Shown here in pieces: positions 39,060-48,081 of a stretch of 64,000 nucleotides of DNA. The notes beneath the pieces were generated by a model. The model had not been told where the DNA came from and did not search any database. It saw nothing but the letters and a program-made list of their open reading frames with translations. The DNA lies in IMG/VR virus record IMGVR_UViG_3300029825_000749, positions 253 through 64,252 of that record; one strand, written 5' to 3'. This stretch comes from a virus. Numbering within the stretch: position 1 is the first letter of the stretch; every line of letters begins with the position of its first letter. The position numbers and the translations under genes were made by a program.

Positions 39060-39260
39060 ATGATGAATTTATTACAAAATCTTGAAACAATTCCTGCTGA
39101 CTATGGGAAAATTCAGGGCAAAAAGGATATTGAAAAATTTAGGAAGAATATAATAAACACGACAGATGAAGAGGAGTTGAGAGAGGAATATGTTGAGAAA
39201 ATTAGGAGAATTGAATTAGAAAAATCTATACTGCTAAGAGATTTAGATGAATTCTTCTAA
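39060..39260 (+). CDS. Small charged protein ending in a PIP-box-like LDEFF
   Basis: 66 aa; C-terminus ILLRDLDEFF. Confidence 0.5.
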   Translation: MMNLLQNLETIPADYGKIQGKKDIEKFRKNIINTTDEEELREEYVEKIRRIELEKSILLRDLDEFF

Positions 39261-39331
39261 GGAGAATTAAAAATAGAAAATCTAAAGTTAGTTTAGTATG
39301 GACAACTAAAAAAAGGAGTTGATGAGAAAGT

Positions 39332-40069
39332 ATGGCTGATGATACAATAACAGTGAACATGATGCCCTCTTGTGGATCTTGCAAAAATCAAAGTGATTAT
39401 CAAGGTTACAAGAAGTACACAAAAACTTGGAAAAACCTTTGTACCAGTACAACATGTAAAAGCAAAACACCAGGAACATTGCAAAACAATCCAAAAGGAA
39501 CATATGAAGGAGAATTGACTTGTAGTAAGTGTGATAGTGATTATTGTGGTTTTTGTGGTACTGAGAAAAGTGGTAGTGCAAGATTTAAACTAGTAAGTGC
39601 AACAGCATCAACTGAAAAAACAGATACTAGTGATACAGGAACAACCTCTGGCAGCACCTTTTGGGATATGATACTGGATCTTATCGGACCTTTGGATGGG
39701 GAAATTGAATGTCGAGTTGAAGGAGATAAAGTTTTCATAAATAAGATTCCAGAACCTGAAGAATCCGAGTTATGGATAAGAGAAGGTATTAATGTCACTG
39801 ATGATAGTATTACAGTAACAGATTACAATCCAGATACTTACAATACATTTGTGATTAGTTGGGCAGGTGGAACAATTGTACTCACTGATAAAAAAATGAT
39901 TGAAAGGTTCGGTGAGAAGATCCTCGAGAAAGATGCAACAAAAGAAGTTGTCACTTATGAAGCAAAAACAATCAGTACAGATACATCAACCGATAGCAGT
40001 ACTGATACTTCAACCAATAGTTCAAGTACAACAGACACAGATAGCAGTACAACAGATTCAACAGGATAA
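39332..40069 (+). CDS. Cys-rich domain plus hub fragment 3
   Basis: Eight Cys in aa 14-76; core TFWDMILDL...CRVEGDKVFINKI...DYNPDTYN; Ser/Thr/Asp tail. Confidence 0.6.
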   Translation: MADDTITVNMMPSCGSCKNQSDYQGYKKYTKTWKNLCTSTTCKSKTPGTLQNNPKGTYEGELTCSKCDSDYCGFCGTEKSGSARFKLVSATASTEKTDTSDTGTTSGSTFWDMILDLIGPLDGEIECRVEGDKVFINKIPEPEESELWIREGINVTDDSITVTDYNPDTYNTFVISWAGGTIVLTDKKMIERFGEKILEKDATKEVVTYEAKTISTDTSTDSSTDTSTNSSSTTDTDSSTTDSTG

Positions 40070-40086
40070 AAAGGTAATTTAATTGA

Positions 40087-40815
40087 ATGGTTAAGAAGAT
40101 AAAAGCTGGGAAATCAAGTAACTATTACACAAGGGAAAAGAATGGTAATTATGTCCTAAGAAATAAGAATGGTTATAAAATTGGTTCAGTAATCAAGAAA
40201 GGATCAACCCGTGCAAAGAAAATTACATCACGTGCTACAACATCTTCTGCGAGTCGAGCAACAAAAAAGGTTAGTAGTAAAAAATCTTCAAGTTCATCAA
40301 GTTCAAGTTCTGGATCTTCAACATCATCAACAAGTTGGAGCAGTGCAGATTCATCAAGCACAACTGATAGTAGCAGTAGCACCAGTACAACACTAGTTGC
40401 AGTGAAAAAAGAAGTACTCATAGATAATTATGATGATGCTTACAAGTTTGCAAAAACAGAATTCTACAAAGCACGAAGAGATAACAAACACACCCTTGAA
40501 TGTAAAGTCATTGGATCTGGAAAATGGAAACAAGGAAAATGGGCATATTGCTATATTCCAGATTACAAAATCAATATGTATATGTACATCACCAAAGCAT
40601 CACATGAAATCGATGATGATGGTAAATGGTTAACAAGTTTAACCTTACAAGATTATCCCCCATCACTTAGTTCCGGTGATAGTCATGATCCAATAAAATC
40701 TGATGATAACAGTAGTGATACAAGTAGTGAGCAAGGCACAGATGATGATGGAACAAACACAACAACTACAGACTACACTATTTCTTCAACTTCCTCAACA
40801 AGCAGTACAGGATAA
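40087..40815 (+). CDS. Hub fragment 4 (C-terminal barrel)
   Basis: KARRDNKHTLECKVIGSGKWKQGKW...TSLTLQDYPPSL; N-terminal module shared with 35609. Confidence 0.6.
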   Translation: MVKKIKAGKSSNYYTREKNGNYVLRNKNGYKIGSVIKKGSTRAKKITSRATTSSASRATKKVSSKKSSSSSSSSSGSSTSSTSWSSADSSSTTDSSSSTSTTLVAVKKEVLIDNYDDAYKFAKTEFYKARRDNKHTLECKVIGSGKWKQGKWAYCYIPDYKINMYMYITKASHEIDDDGKWLTSLTLQDYPPSLSSGDSHDPIKSDDNSSDTSSEQGTDDDGTNTTTTDYTISSTSSTSSTG

Positions 40816-41024
40816 ATATGATGATTTAATCTATAATTTTAAAAAAAATTTATTATATTCCTCTTTTGTTTTTTTATAAATTCATTAAATTGGATTGGTA
40901 TATTCAATTATTTAATTATTAAATTAACTTATAAACACTTATATTAAATCAATACTAAAAATGGGAATAAGAAAACTTAAGTTATTTAATATATTTTAAA
41001 AATATTGAAAGGGGTATTAAAAAA

Positions 41025-42758
41025 ATGGGATCTGAAAAAACACTTTGTAAATGGGAAAATAATGATTGGAAAATAAGATTAGAAGCAATATTAGAAATAG
41101 ATGATGAGCAATTGTTAATGAGTATTGCAAAAAACGATGATAGTAGCAGTGTACGTGCTGCTGCAACAGATAAAATCACTGATGAGCAATTGTTAATGAG
41201 TATTGCTAAAAATGATCCAGATGAAGATGTACGAGTAGCAGCAGTATATAATATTAATAATGAAAACTTTCTAATTAGTGTTGCTAAAAATGATAAAGAC
41301 TGGACTGTGCGCTCAGCAGCTGCAGAAAAAATCACAACTGAAAAAATCTTAATAAGTATTGCTAAAAAAGATCCAGATGAGGATGTACGAGCAGTAGCAA
41401 TAGAAAAAATCACAGATGAACAAATATTAGAAAACATTGCACAAAATGATAAAGACTGGACAGTCCGTGAAATAGCAGTAAAAAAAATAACTAATGAAGA
41501 ACTTTTAATTAGTATTGTTAAAAATGATGAGAATAATAATGTTCGAAAAGCTGCAATAGAAAAAATAGATGATGAAAAAGTTTTAATCACTATTCTAAAA
41601 AACGAGGAAGATACTGAAGTAATTAGAGCAGTAATCGATAAAATAGATGATGATGAAGTTTTAATCACATTTGTTAATAACAATCCAGATTCCTGTACTG
41701 TTAAAAGTGCAGAAAAAATATTTGATGATGAAACTTTAATCAAAATAGCACAAAAAAATACAAACAAAGAAACACGTAAAGAAGCAGTTAGTAAAATTTA
41801 TAATGAAAAAATTCTACTTAATATTGTAAAAAACGATTCTGATGTAAATGTTCGATTAGAAGCTATTAAAAATATAATTGATAATGATATTTTAAAAGAG
41901 ATTCTTTTTGATTCAGATGATTATGATGTTTGTGCTACTGTTGCATGTAAATTGGATAATGATATTTTAAAAGGTATTGCTTTAAGTTCTCATGATACGG
42001 ATGTTTGTGTTGTTGCTGTTAGTGGAATAAATAATAATTCCTATCTAAAAGATATTGCTGTAGAAAGTGATGATAGGGAGGTTTGTCTTGCTGCTGTTGA
42101 TGCGATAAGTTATAATGATGATTTAAGAGATGTTGCTTTGGAATCTGGTGATGGGGAGGTTTGTTTGGCTGCTGTTGGTAGGATGAGTGGTGATTTTTAT
42201 TTAAGTGATGTTGCTTTGGAATCTGGTGATAGGGAGGTTTGTGTTGCTGCTGCATGTAAATTGGATGATGATGATGTTTTACATGATATTATTTTGAATA
42301 ATGAAGATGGTAAAGTCCATCTTAAAGATATTGAAAAAATAAATGATAATGAAATTTTAAAAGATATTGCTTTAAGTTCTCATGATACGGATGTTTGTTT
42401 GGCTGCTGTTGGTAGGATGAGTGATGATTCTTATTTAATAGATGTTGCTTTGGAATCTGGTGATGGGGAGGTTTGTTTGGCTGCTGTTAAGAAGATAAAT
42501 GATGAGGATATTTTATTTAAGGTTGCTATGGGGTCTGATGGTAAGGTTGGTGTTGCTGCTGTTAAGAAGATAAATGATGAGGATATTTTATTTAAGGTTG
42601 CTATGGGGTCTGATGGTAAGGTTGGTGTTGCTGCTGTTGGTAGGATAGATGATAAAAATCGTTTAGTTGATATTGTTTGGGATTCTAATGATGAATGTGT
42701 AAATATGGCTGCTTTTGAGAAGCTAGATGATGAGGATATTAAAAAATTTTTCTCATAA
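41025..42758 (+). CDS. HEAT-like alpha-solenoid repeat protein
   Basis: About 20 repeats of 25-26 aa (L..IAKND.D..VR.AA..KI.DE). Confidence 0.85.
   Translation: MGSEKTLCKWENNDWKIRLEAILEIDDEQLLMSIAKNDDSSSVRAAATDKITDEQLLMSIAKNDPDEDVRVAAVYNINNENFLISVAKNDKDWTVRSAAAEKITTEKILISIAKKDPDEDVRAVAIEKITDEQILENIAQNDKDWTVREIAVKKITNEELLISIVKNDENNNVRKAAIEKIDDEKVLITILKNEEDTEVIRAVIDKIDDDEVLITFVNNNPDSCTVKSAEKIFDDETLIKIAQKNTNKETRKEAVSKIYNEKILLNIVKNDSDVNVRLEAIKNIIDNDILKEILFDSDDYDVCATVACKLDNDILKGIALSSHDTDVCVVAVSGINNNSYLKDIAVESDDREVCLAAVDAISYNDDLRDVALESGDGEVCLAAVGRMSGDFYLSDVALESGDREVCVAAACKLDDDDVLHDIILNNEDGKVHLKDIEKINDNEILKDIALSSHDTDVCLAAVGRMSDDSYLIDVALESGDGEVCLAAVKKINDEDILFKVAMGSDGKVGVAAVKKINDEDILFKVAMGSDGKVGVAAVGRIDDKNRLVDIVWDSNDECVNMAAFEKLDDEDIKKFFS
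42480..42629 (+). repeat. Exact 75-bp tandem duplication
   Basis: 42480-42554 is identical to 42555-42629. Confidence 0.85.
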
Positions 42759-43049
42759 TATTTAATGATGATCTTCGTGAATTAGCTAAAGCAAAATTGA
42801 AACAGTTAAAATAATAAGCATATTAATAATTCTTAAAGAATATTAATATGATTTTTTAAATATTTTTTTACATTTAAATTTAATAAGATAAGTTATATTT
42901 TTTTAACTTTTCTTAGAATGAATTTTTTATTTTTTTTTATTTTAAGGTGGTTGTAAAAGGCCATATTCTATTTTTTTTTACATTTTTAAAGGGAAATATT
43001 AATTTTTGAGTTAGTTTAAATAAATTTTTAAGGTTTAATATAATAATTT

Positions 43050-44438
43050 ATGGTTAAGAAAGCACAAGATGTAGTACTAACACCAGGAAGAGGACCTATA
43101 GCATTAAACAATGTTATAAATCAGATTGGTGGAAAAGTAACTGCAAAAGAAGTGAAAAGTAAAAGTGAAAACTTGAAGATCCGTACTGGAAAAGTAGTGC
43201 GTTTTTATCCTCAAACTGATAAGGTTAGTGTAAAGTTGGATGATACTGGAAAAATTGTACGATGTGTTATGCTTCATAACCTTGCAGTTTCAGGGGAAGC
43301 TACTATTAGTTTCACCCCTTCAGGAAGCATAAGTACTGATGTGGAAAATGATAATGAATATTCCATTATACCTTTTAATGAGCATATAGTAGCAGTATTA
43401 AATATTAAGGATAGTTTAAATAAATCTGAGTATTTATGTTTAGGGTTTATTAGTAGAGATAGTTCGCTTATTAAAAGTAATGGTGAAGTTGGAGAGTATT
43501 TGGTTTCTAATGATAATAGTAAAGTTAGTGTTAAGCAGTCACAGGTGAATATTGAGAGTGAAAATTTATATTTGAATGGTAATAGGATCCAAGCTACTGA
43601 TGAATTATCTAAGATTTTTGCAACTAAAGAGGATGTGGTGTGTACTGTGAAAAGTTTAGTAAGTGATAGTGCAATCACAACTCCACCATCCACACCAGCT
43701 GCTGATGAAGAAGTTCAAGTAAATACAAGCTCTCAGGTAGATACAGAAATAGAAGCTTTGAAGGAAAGATTATCAGAAATTGAAAATACTACAACAAGTG
43801 AGAAATCTGAGATTAGTTTTAATTCTAACATTTCCAATAATGAGGAGATTTTAACTGGAAAAGTTTTAATAATAATCCTAAAGAATGCAGTTACAAATGA
43901 GTTAGCAGTTGATGAGAATGTTAGTGTAATCTTAACAAGATTCAGTGATAATCAGAGTAAGACTTATGCAGGAACAACTGATAGTTTAGGAAATTATAGT
44001 CTACCTCTTAATTTATCTGCAGGGGCTTACACTTATCAAATAATTTATAATGGATCTAATATTTATAAGGCAAAAACTGGTGAAGTGGTGAAATTCATGA
44101 TAGGTGCAGGCAGTGACGATGGGAAGAAAAGTATCTGCTTTGAAAGTAATATCAAAGATAATGAAAGTATTACAAAAGGGAGTATAATCACCTGCAAGTT
44201 CACAGACTGTACAAATGGAGTAGCATTAACAGGATTAACAGGAAAATATATTTTAACACGATTAAGTGATAATCAAAGCAAAACTTATGCTGAAACAACA
44301 GATAATTTAGGAAATATGATTATAACAATTAATCTTTCAAAAGGAGATTATTCGATACAAGCAAGCTATGATGGTGATGAAATTTACAGTAAAAAAACTG
44401 GTGAAGTAATAAAATTCAAGGTGGGAATAAAAGAATGA
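43050..44438 (+). CDS. Baseplate spike (gpV/gp45-like) with two Ig-like C-terminal domains
   Basis: N-terminal OB-like TGKVVRFYP..DKVSVKL; two repeats of LTR.SDNQSKTYA.TTD.LGN...NLS.G.Y....Y.G. Confidence 0.7.
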   Translation: MVKKAQDVVLTPGRGPIALNNVINQIGGKVTAKEVKSKSENLKIRTGKVVRFYPQTDKVSVKLDDTGKIVRCVMLHNLAVSGEATISFTPSGSISTDVENDNEYSIIPFNEHIVAVLNIKDSLNKSEYLCLGFISRDSSLIKSNGEVGEYLVSNDNSKVSVKQSQVNIESENLYLNGNRIQATDELSKIFATKEDVVCTVKSLVSDSAITTPPSTPAADEEVQVNTSSQVDTEIEALKERLSEIENTTTSEKSEISFNSNISNNEEILTGKVLIIILKNAVTNELAVDENVSVILTRFSDNQSKTYAGTTDSLGNYSLPLNLSAGAYTYQIIYNGSNIYKAKTGEVVKFMIGAGSDDGKKSICFESNIKDNESITKGSIITCKFTDCTNGVALTGLTGKYILTRLSDNQSKTYAETTDNLGNMIITINLSKGDYSIQASYDGDEIYSKKTGEVIKFKVGIKE

Positions 44439-45391
44439 TAAATAATGAAGAACAAGAATTTTACATCACTCAAGGCCATGATATAGAAATACAATCATCT
44501 CCAGAAGGCCATATTCATGATTATAATCATTGGGATTTAGTAATGGAGAATGATGATTACACCATCACTTCAGGGGAGGATACCTTGTTTAATGCTTGTG
44601 CAATTGCAATACTTACTGGTTATAATGAGATGGGTGATAGGTATGAGAATAGTACTTATTCAATGTTTGGTAATCCGGCTTATGGATTATTAAAAACTAA
44701 TAAATCTGAATTGGTCAAATTTAAGATTGAGGAATACATTAAGAAAGTTTTAAAAAGTATTCGTAGAGTAGGGGAACTTGTAGAGGTAGTGGTAAGTGAG
44801 GATGAGTTTAATCCTTATGCGTATAATGTGTTCTTTCATGTGATTGGATTGGATGATGAGCATGCAAGTGGTGAAATCAATTTAGGGAAAGCCAGAGATG
44901 GGAAGTATGGAACTACCTGCAGGATACGAGATTTAACAAATAATAATATAATAATCATCAAATCCATAGAAGGAGCAGTTATACAAGCCTTACTCAAGGA
45001 CAGTAGAAATAGAGGAGTAAGTAAAGAATTATTAACCCTAAATTCCCTTGCAGATTTAGATGAAGATACTAAACTTACAAACAATACTGGATCTGTAACT
45101 TATCATTATACACCTAAACCTGGTATTGGTAAAGATTATATTTATGTAAGTTATAATGGTAGTTCTAGTTTTAAACCATGTAAGAGTAATACTTTAAAAG
45201 TATTGTATTTGTTTTTTTCTTTGAAAATTGTAGATGGTGAATTAATTTTTACTTATGATGATGATTATTACTATCCTGATTTTAGGTTAAATAGTGAGGG
45301 TGAGTTGATTATGACTTATGATGATGAAAAGATAAGAATAAGAAATGTATACATTAATGATGATGGGTATTTAATATTTGAGGTAAATTAA
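44435..45391 (+). CDS. gp25/gpW-like baseplate wedge protein with Ig-like extension
   Basis: IEEYIKKVLKSIRRV lysozyme-like wedge pattern; C-terminal TNNTGSVT..Y...YNGSSSF. Confidence 0.6.
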   Translation: MINNEEQEFYITQGHDIEIQSSPEGHIHDYNHWDLVMENDDYTITSGEDTLFNACAIAILTGYNEMGDRYENSTYSMFGNPAYGLLKTNKSELVKFKIEEYIKKVLKSIRRVGELVEVVVSEDEFNPYAYNVFFHVIGLDDEHASGEINLGKARDGKYGTTCRIRDLTNNNIIIIKSIEGAVIQALLKDSRNRGVSKELLTLNSLADLDEDTKLTNNTGSVTYHYTPKPGIGKDYIYVSYNGSSSFKPCKSNTLKVLYLFFSLKIVDGELIFTYDDDYYYPDFRLNSEGELIMTYDDEKIRIRNVYINDDGYLIFEVN

Positions 45392-45401
45392 AAAGAATTT
45401 T

Positions 45402-46313
45402 ATGGTTAAACAGAATGTTAATTTAGGAATTGTGAAACTCTTATACTCTTCTTTAAGTGATAAAGAAAAAAAGGAGATTACAGGTAGGAGTATTGAGTAT
45501 ATTATTGATAATGCGAATCATAGGGTTGGTTTTCGTGTTGAGGGGGAAACAAGTTATACTTATACGGATTCTCTTAAAGGAGATACTGGTATTCAGGGTA
45601 ATCCTGGATACTTTTTTACTCCTGTAATTAGTAGTGATGGGATATTATCCTGGAGGAATAATGGGGATTTAAGTAATCCTGAAAGTGTGAATGTTAAAGG
45701 TGATAAAGGTGATGCTTTTAAGTATTCTGATTTCACCTTAGAGGAATTAGCTAGTCTTAAAGGGGAAAAGGGTGATACTGGAGGTATTGGTCCTCAAGGT
45801 GAGAAAGGTGAAACTGGTAGTACTGGTCCTCAAGGTATTCAAGGTGAACAAGGAATACAAGGAGAAAAAGGTGATACGGGTGTTATTAAAATAGAGAAAA
45901 GTATTGTTAAATCCTTTAATGATTTACCAAGTACTGGTGATGATAGTATAATATATCTTGTACCGATTACTGGTGAGGATGTGAATGTTTATGAGGAATA
46001 CTTTTATATTAGTGAAACTGGTAAGTATGAGAAGGTAGGTAGTAGTAAAACTGATTTAACTGATTATTATAATAAATCTAGTGTTGATAGTGCCTTAAGT
46101 ACTAAGGTTAATACTAGTGATGTTTACAGTAAATCTGAATTGGATACTAGTTTAAGTACTAAGGTTAATATTGGTGATGTGTATACGAAAAATGAAGTTG
46201 ATACTAAGTTATCTGGTGTTAGTGTTGATTTAAGTGCTTATTATACGAAAAGTGAAGTTGATGCAATGCTGGGTGATGTTAATGCGAGTATGGATAGTAT
46301 TTTAGGAGTCTAA
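45402..46313 (+). CDS. Collagen-like tail fibre protein
   Basis: Gly-X-Y run KGEKGDTGGIGPQGEKG...; DLTDYYNKS.VD coiled repeats. Confidence 0.8.
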   Translation: MVKQNVNLGIVKLLYSSLSDKEKKEITGRSIEYIIDNANHRVGFRVEGETSYTYTDSLKGDTGIQGNPGYFFTPVISSDGILSWRNNGDLSNPESVNVKGDKGDAFKYSDFTLEELASLKGEKGDTGGIGPQGEKGETGSTGPQGIQGEQGIQGEKGDTGVIKIEKSIVKSFNDLPSTGDDSIIYLVPITGEDVNVYEEYFYISETGKYEKVGSSKTDLTDYYNKSSVDSALSTKVNTSDVYSKSELDTSLSTKVNIGDVYTKNEVDTKLSGVSVDLSAYYTKSEVDAMLGDVNASMDSILGV

Positions 46314-46317
46314 AATT

Positions 46318-47904
46318 ATGAGTTTAGCAGATAAGTTAGTTTTACTAAATAGTGAGAAATTGTCTTTGAAAACATGTTTTAAGGTTTTAGGTTTTGATAT
46401 GACTAGTACTCCTTTTACTAGTTATCATACTTTGATTAGTAAATTGCTTACGGGTCTTGTTGGTGATTATTATCTTAGTAGTATTTGGGGTAAGGATACG
46501 AATGATGGTTTAAGTCCTTTAAGTCCTTTTTTAACTTTATCTAAAGCCGTAAGTAGTGCTAGTGATGGTGAAACTATTGTGGTGATGAGTGGTGTTTATA
46601 AAGGTGTGGATAATTGTGATTTTAAGATTAATAAGAGTTTAACGATTATTGGTGGGCCTATTACTTTTTTTGATGGTGAAACAGTTCGTAGAAGTGGTTG
46701 GACTTTGAATTATCCTAATATTATCACTGTTAAAGGTATTAGTTTTATTAATGGTTTTAGTAATGGTAGTCGTGGTGGTGCTGTTTATAATTATAATACG
46801 GGTAATAGTTTTATTGATTGTAGTTTTATTAATAATATTGGAGGTCAAGGGGGTGTTTTGTATCTTCGAAGGTCTAATGTGAGTAATTGTAGTTTTATTA
46901 ATAATGCTGGTGATTATGGTGGTGCTGTTTATGTTGATCAGTCTAGTGGTGAGGTTGGTACTAGTATAAGTGATTGTAGTTTTATTAATAATTCATCTAA
47001 TTTTGATGGTGGGGCAATTTATCATCGTTTTTCATATAATACTGTTAAGAATAGTGTTTTCACTAATAATCATGCAGAGGGTACTGGTGGTGCTGTTTAT
47101 GATTATTATTTGGATACTATTATGAATTGTACATTTACTGGTAATAATAGTATTAAAGAGGGTGGTGCTGTTTATAATCAGACAAGTTCTACTATAAGTG
47201 ATTGTAGTTTCACTGGTAATGCTAGTAATAGTGATGGTGGTGCTGTTTATAATTATGGTGTTATGGGATCTTATACTGGTAATACGATTACAGCTTGTAC
47301 TTTTACAGCTAATACTTCACAGACTAATGGTGGTGGGATTTTTAATAAGAAAACTAACATTATAAATGATTCCACATTCACCGGTAATAGTGCAAGTAAT
47401 CTTGGAGGTGCAATTTATAATGGTGAGGCTAATACTTTAAATAATATTGATTTACTCACTCTTATTGGTTCATATATTTATAATGAAACTACAGGTACTG
47501 TTATGGATAATACTTATTGGAATACTAGTACACCTACAAGTACGGATTATTATTCTACTTTAAATGATTGTATACCCTCAAATGATCGTAATAGTCCTAA
47601 TCATCCTGAAAGGTTAAATCAAACCAGTTTAACTTTAAGTGTGGATAATACTAGTATAAGTAATGGATCTAAGTTAACTTTAACTGGAACTTTAAAAGAT
47701 TTAAACAATACTTTGATTTCTAATGCAGGTATTAATTTCTATAAAGATGGAGTTCTTATTGGTACTAGTAAAACCAATATCTCAGGAATTGCAAGTTTCA
47801 CATACACCACAACCACTACTGGGGATTGTGTTTTTAAAGCAGATTATCAAGCAAAATCTTATATTGGAAGTACAAGTGGAAATATTACAGTAACTGTAAC
47901 ATAA
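46318..47904 (+). CDS. Beta-helix (pectin-lyase/Pmp-like) adhesin with Ig-like C-terminus; receptor-binding candidate
   Basis: G.DTNDGLS..SPFLTL.KA start, repeated CSF.NN....GGA(V/I)Y, terminal Ig-like domain. Confidence 0.8.
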   Translation: MSLADKLVLLNSEKLSLKTCFKVLGFDMTSTPFTSYHTLISKLLTGLVGDYYLSSIWGKDTNDGLSPLSPFLTLSKAVSSASDGETIVVMSGVYKGVDNCDFKINKSLTIIGGPITFFDGETVRRSGWTLNYPNIITVKGISFINGFSNGSRGGAVYNYNTGNSFIDCSFINNIGGQGGVLYLRRSNVSNCSFINNAGDYGGAVYVDQSSGEVGTSISDCSFINNSSNFDGGAIYHRFSYNTVKNSVFTNNHAEGTGGAVYDYYLDTIMNCTFTGNNSIKEGGAVYNQTSSTISDCSFTGNASNSDGGAVYNYGVMGSYTGNTITACTFTANTSQTNGGGIFNKKTNIINDSTFTGNSASNLGGAIYNGEANTLNNIDLLTLIGSYIYNETTGTVMDNTYWNTSTPTSTDYYSTLNDCIPSNDRNSPNHPERLNQTSLTLSVDNTSISNGSKLTLTGTLKDLNNTLISNAGINFYKDGVLIGTSKTNISGIASFTYTTTTTGDCVFKADYQAKSYIGSTSGNITVTVT

Positions 47905-47925
47905 AAAAGGGAGTTTAAAATTTTA

Positions 47926-48081
47926 ATGTTTAAAACACAAGAAAAATATCGTTATCAATTAGTTTATGCAAATCAATGTGTAAACTGTAAATATGAACAA
48001 ACAAACCATTGTGATGTAGGTTTGTATAAAAACAAGAATAATACTTATGAATGCTTTAATTATGAAGAGGAAAACTTATGA
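47926..48081 (+). CDS. Small Cys-containing protein (51 aa)
   Basis: Manual ORF with CVNC...C...C; GGGAG RBS; stop overlaps the next start. Confidence 0.5.
   Translation: MFKTQEKYRYQLVYANQCVNCKYEQTNHCDVGLYKNKNNTYECFNYEEENL

Noticed and set aside
34433-40815. Split inteins or group I/II introns joining the hub fragments
   Set aside because: No C/S...HN intein termini, homing endonuclease or intron core motifs were seen at the junctions.
42740-42815. HEAT gene tail continues in the -1 frame (FLIIFNDDLRELAKAKLKQLK)
   Set aside because: It lies at an A6T5 homopolymer and adds only about 20 aa; a mutation or sequencing indel is as likely as recoding.
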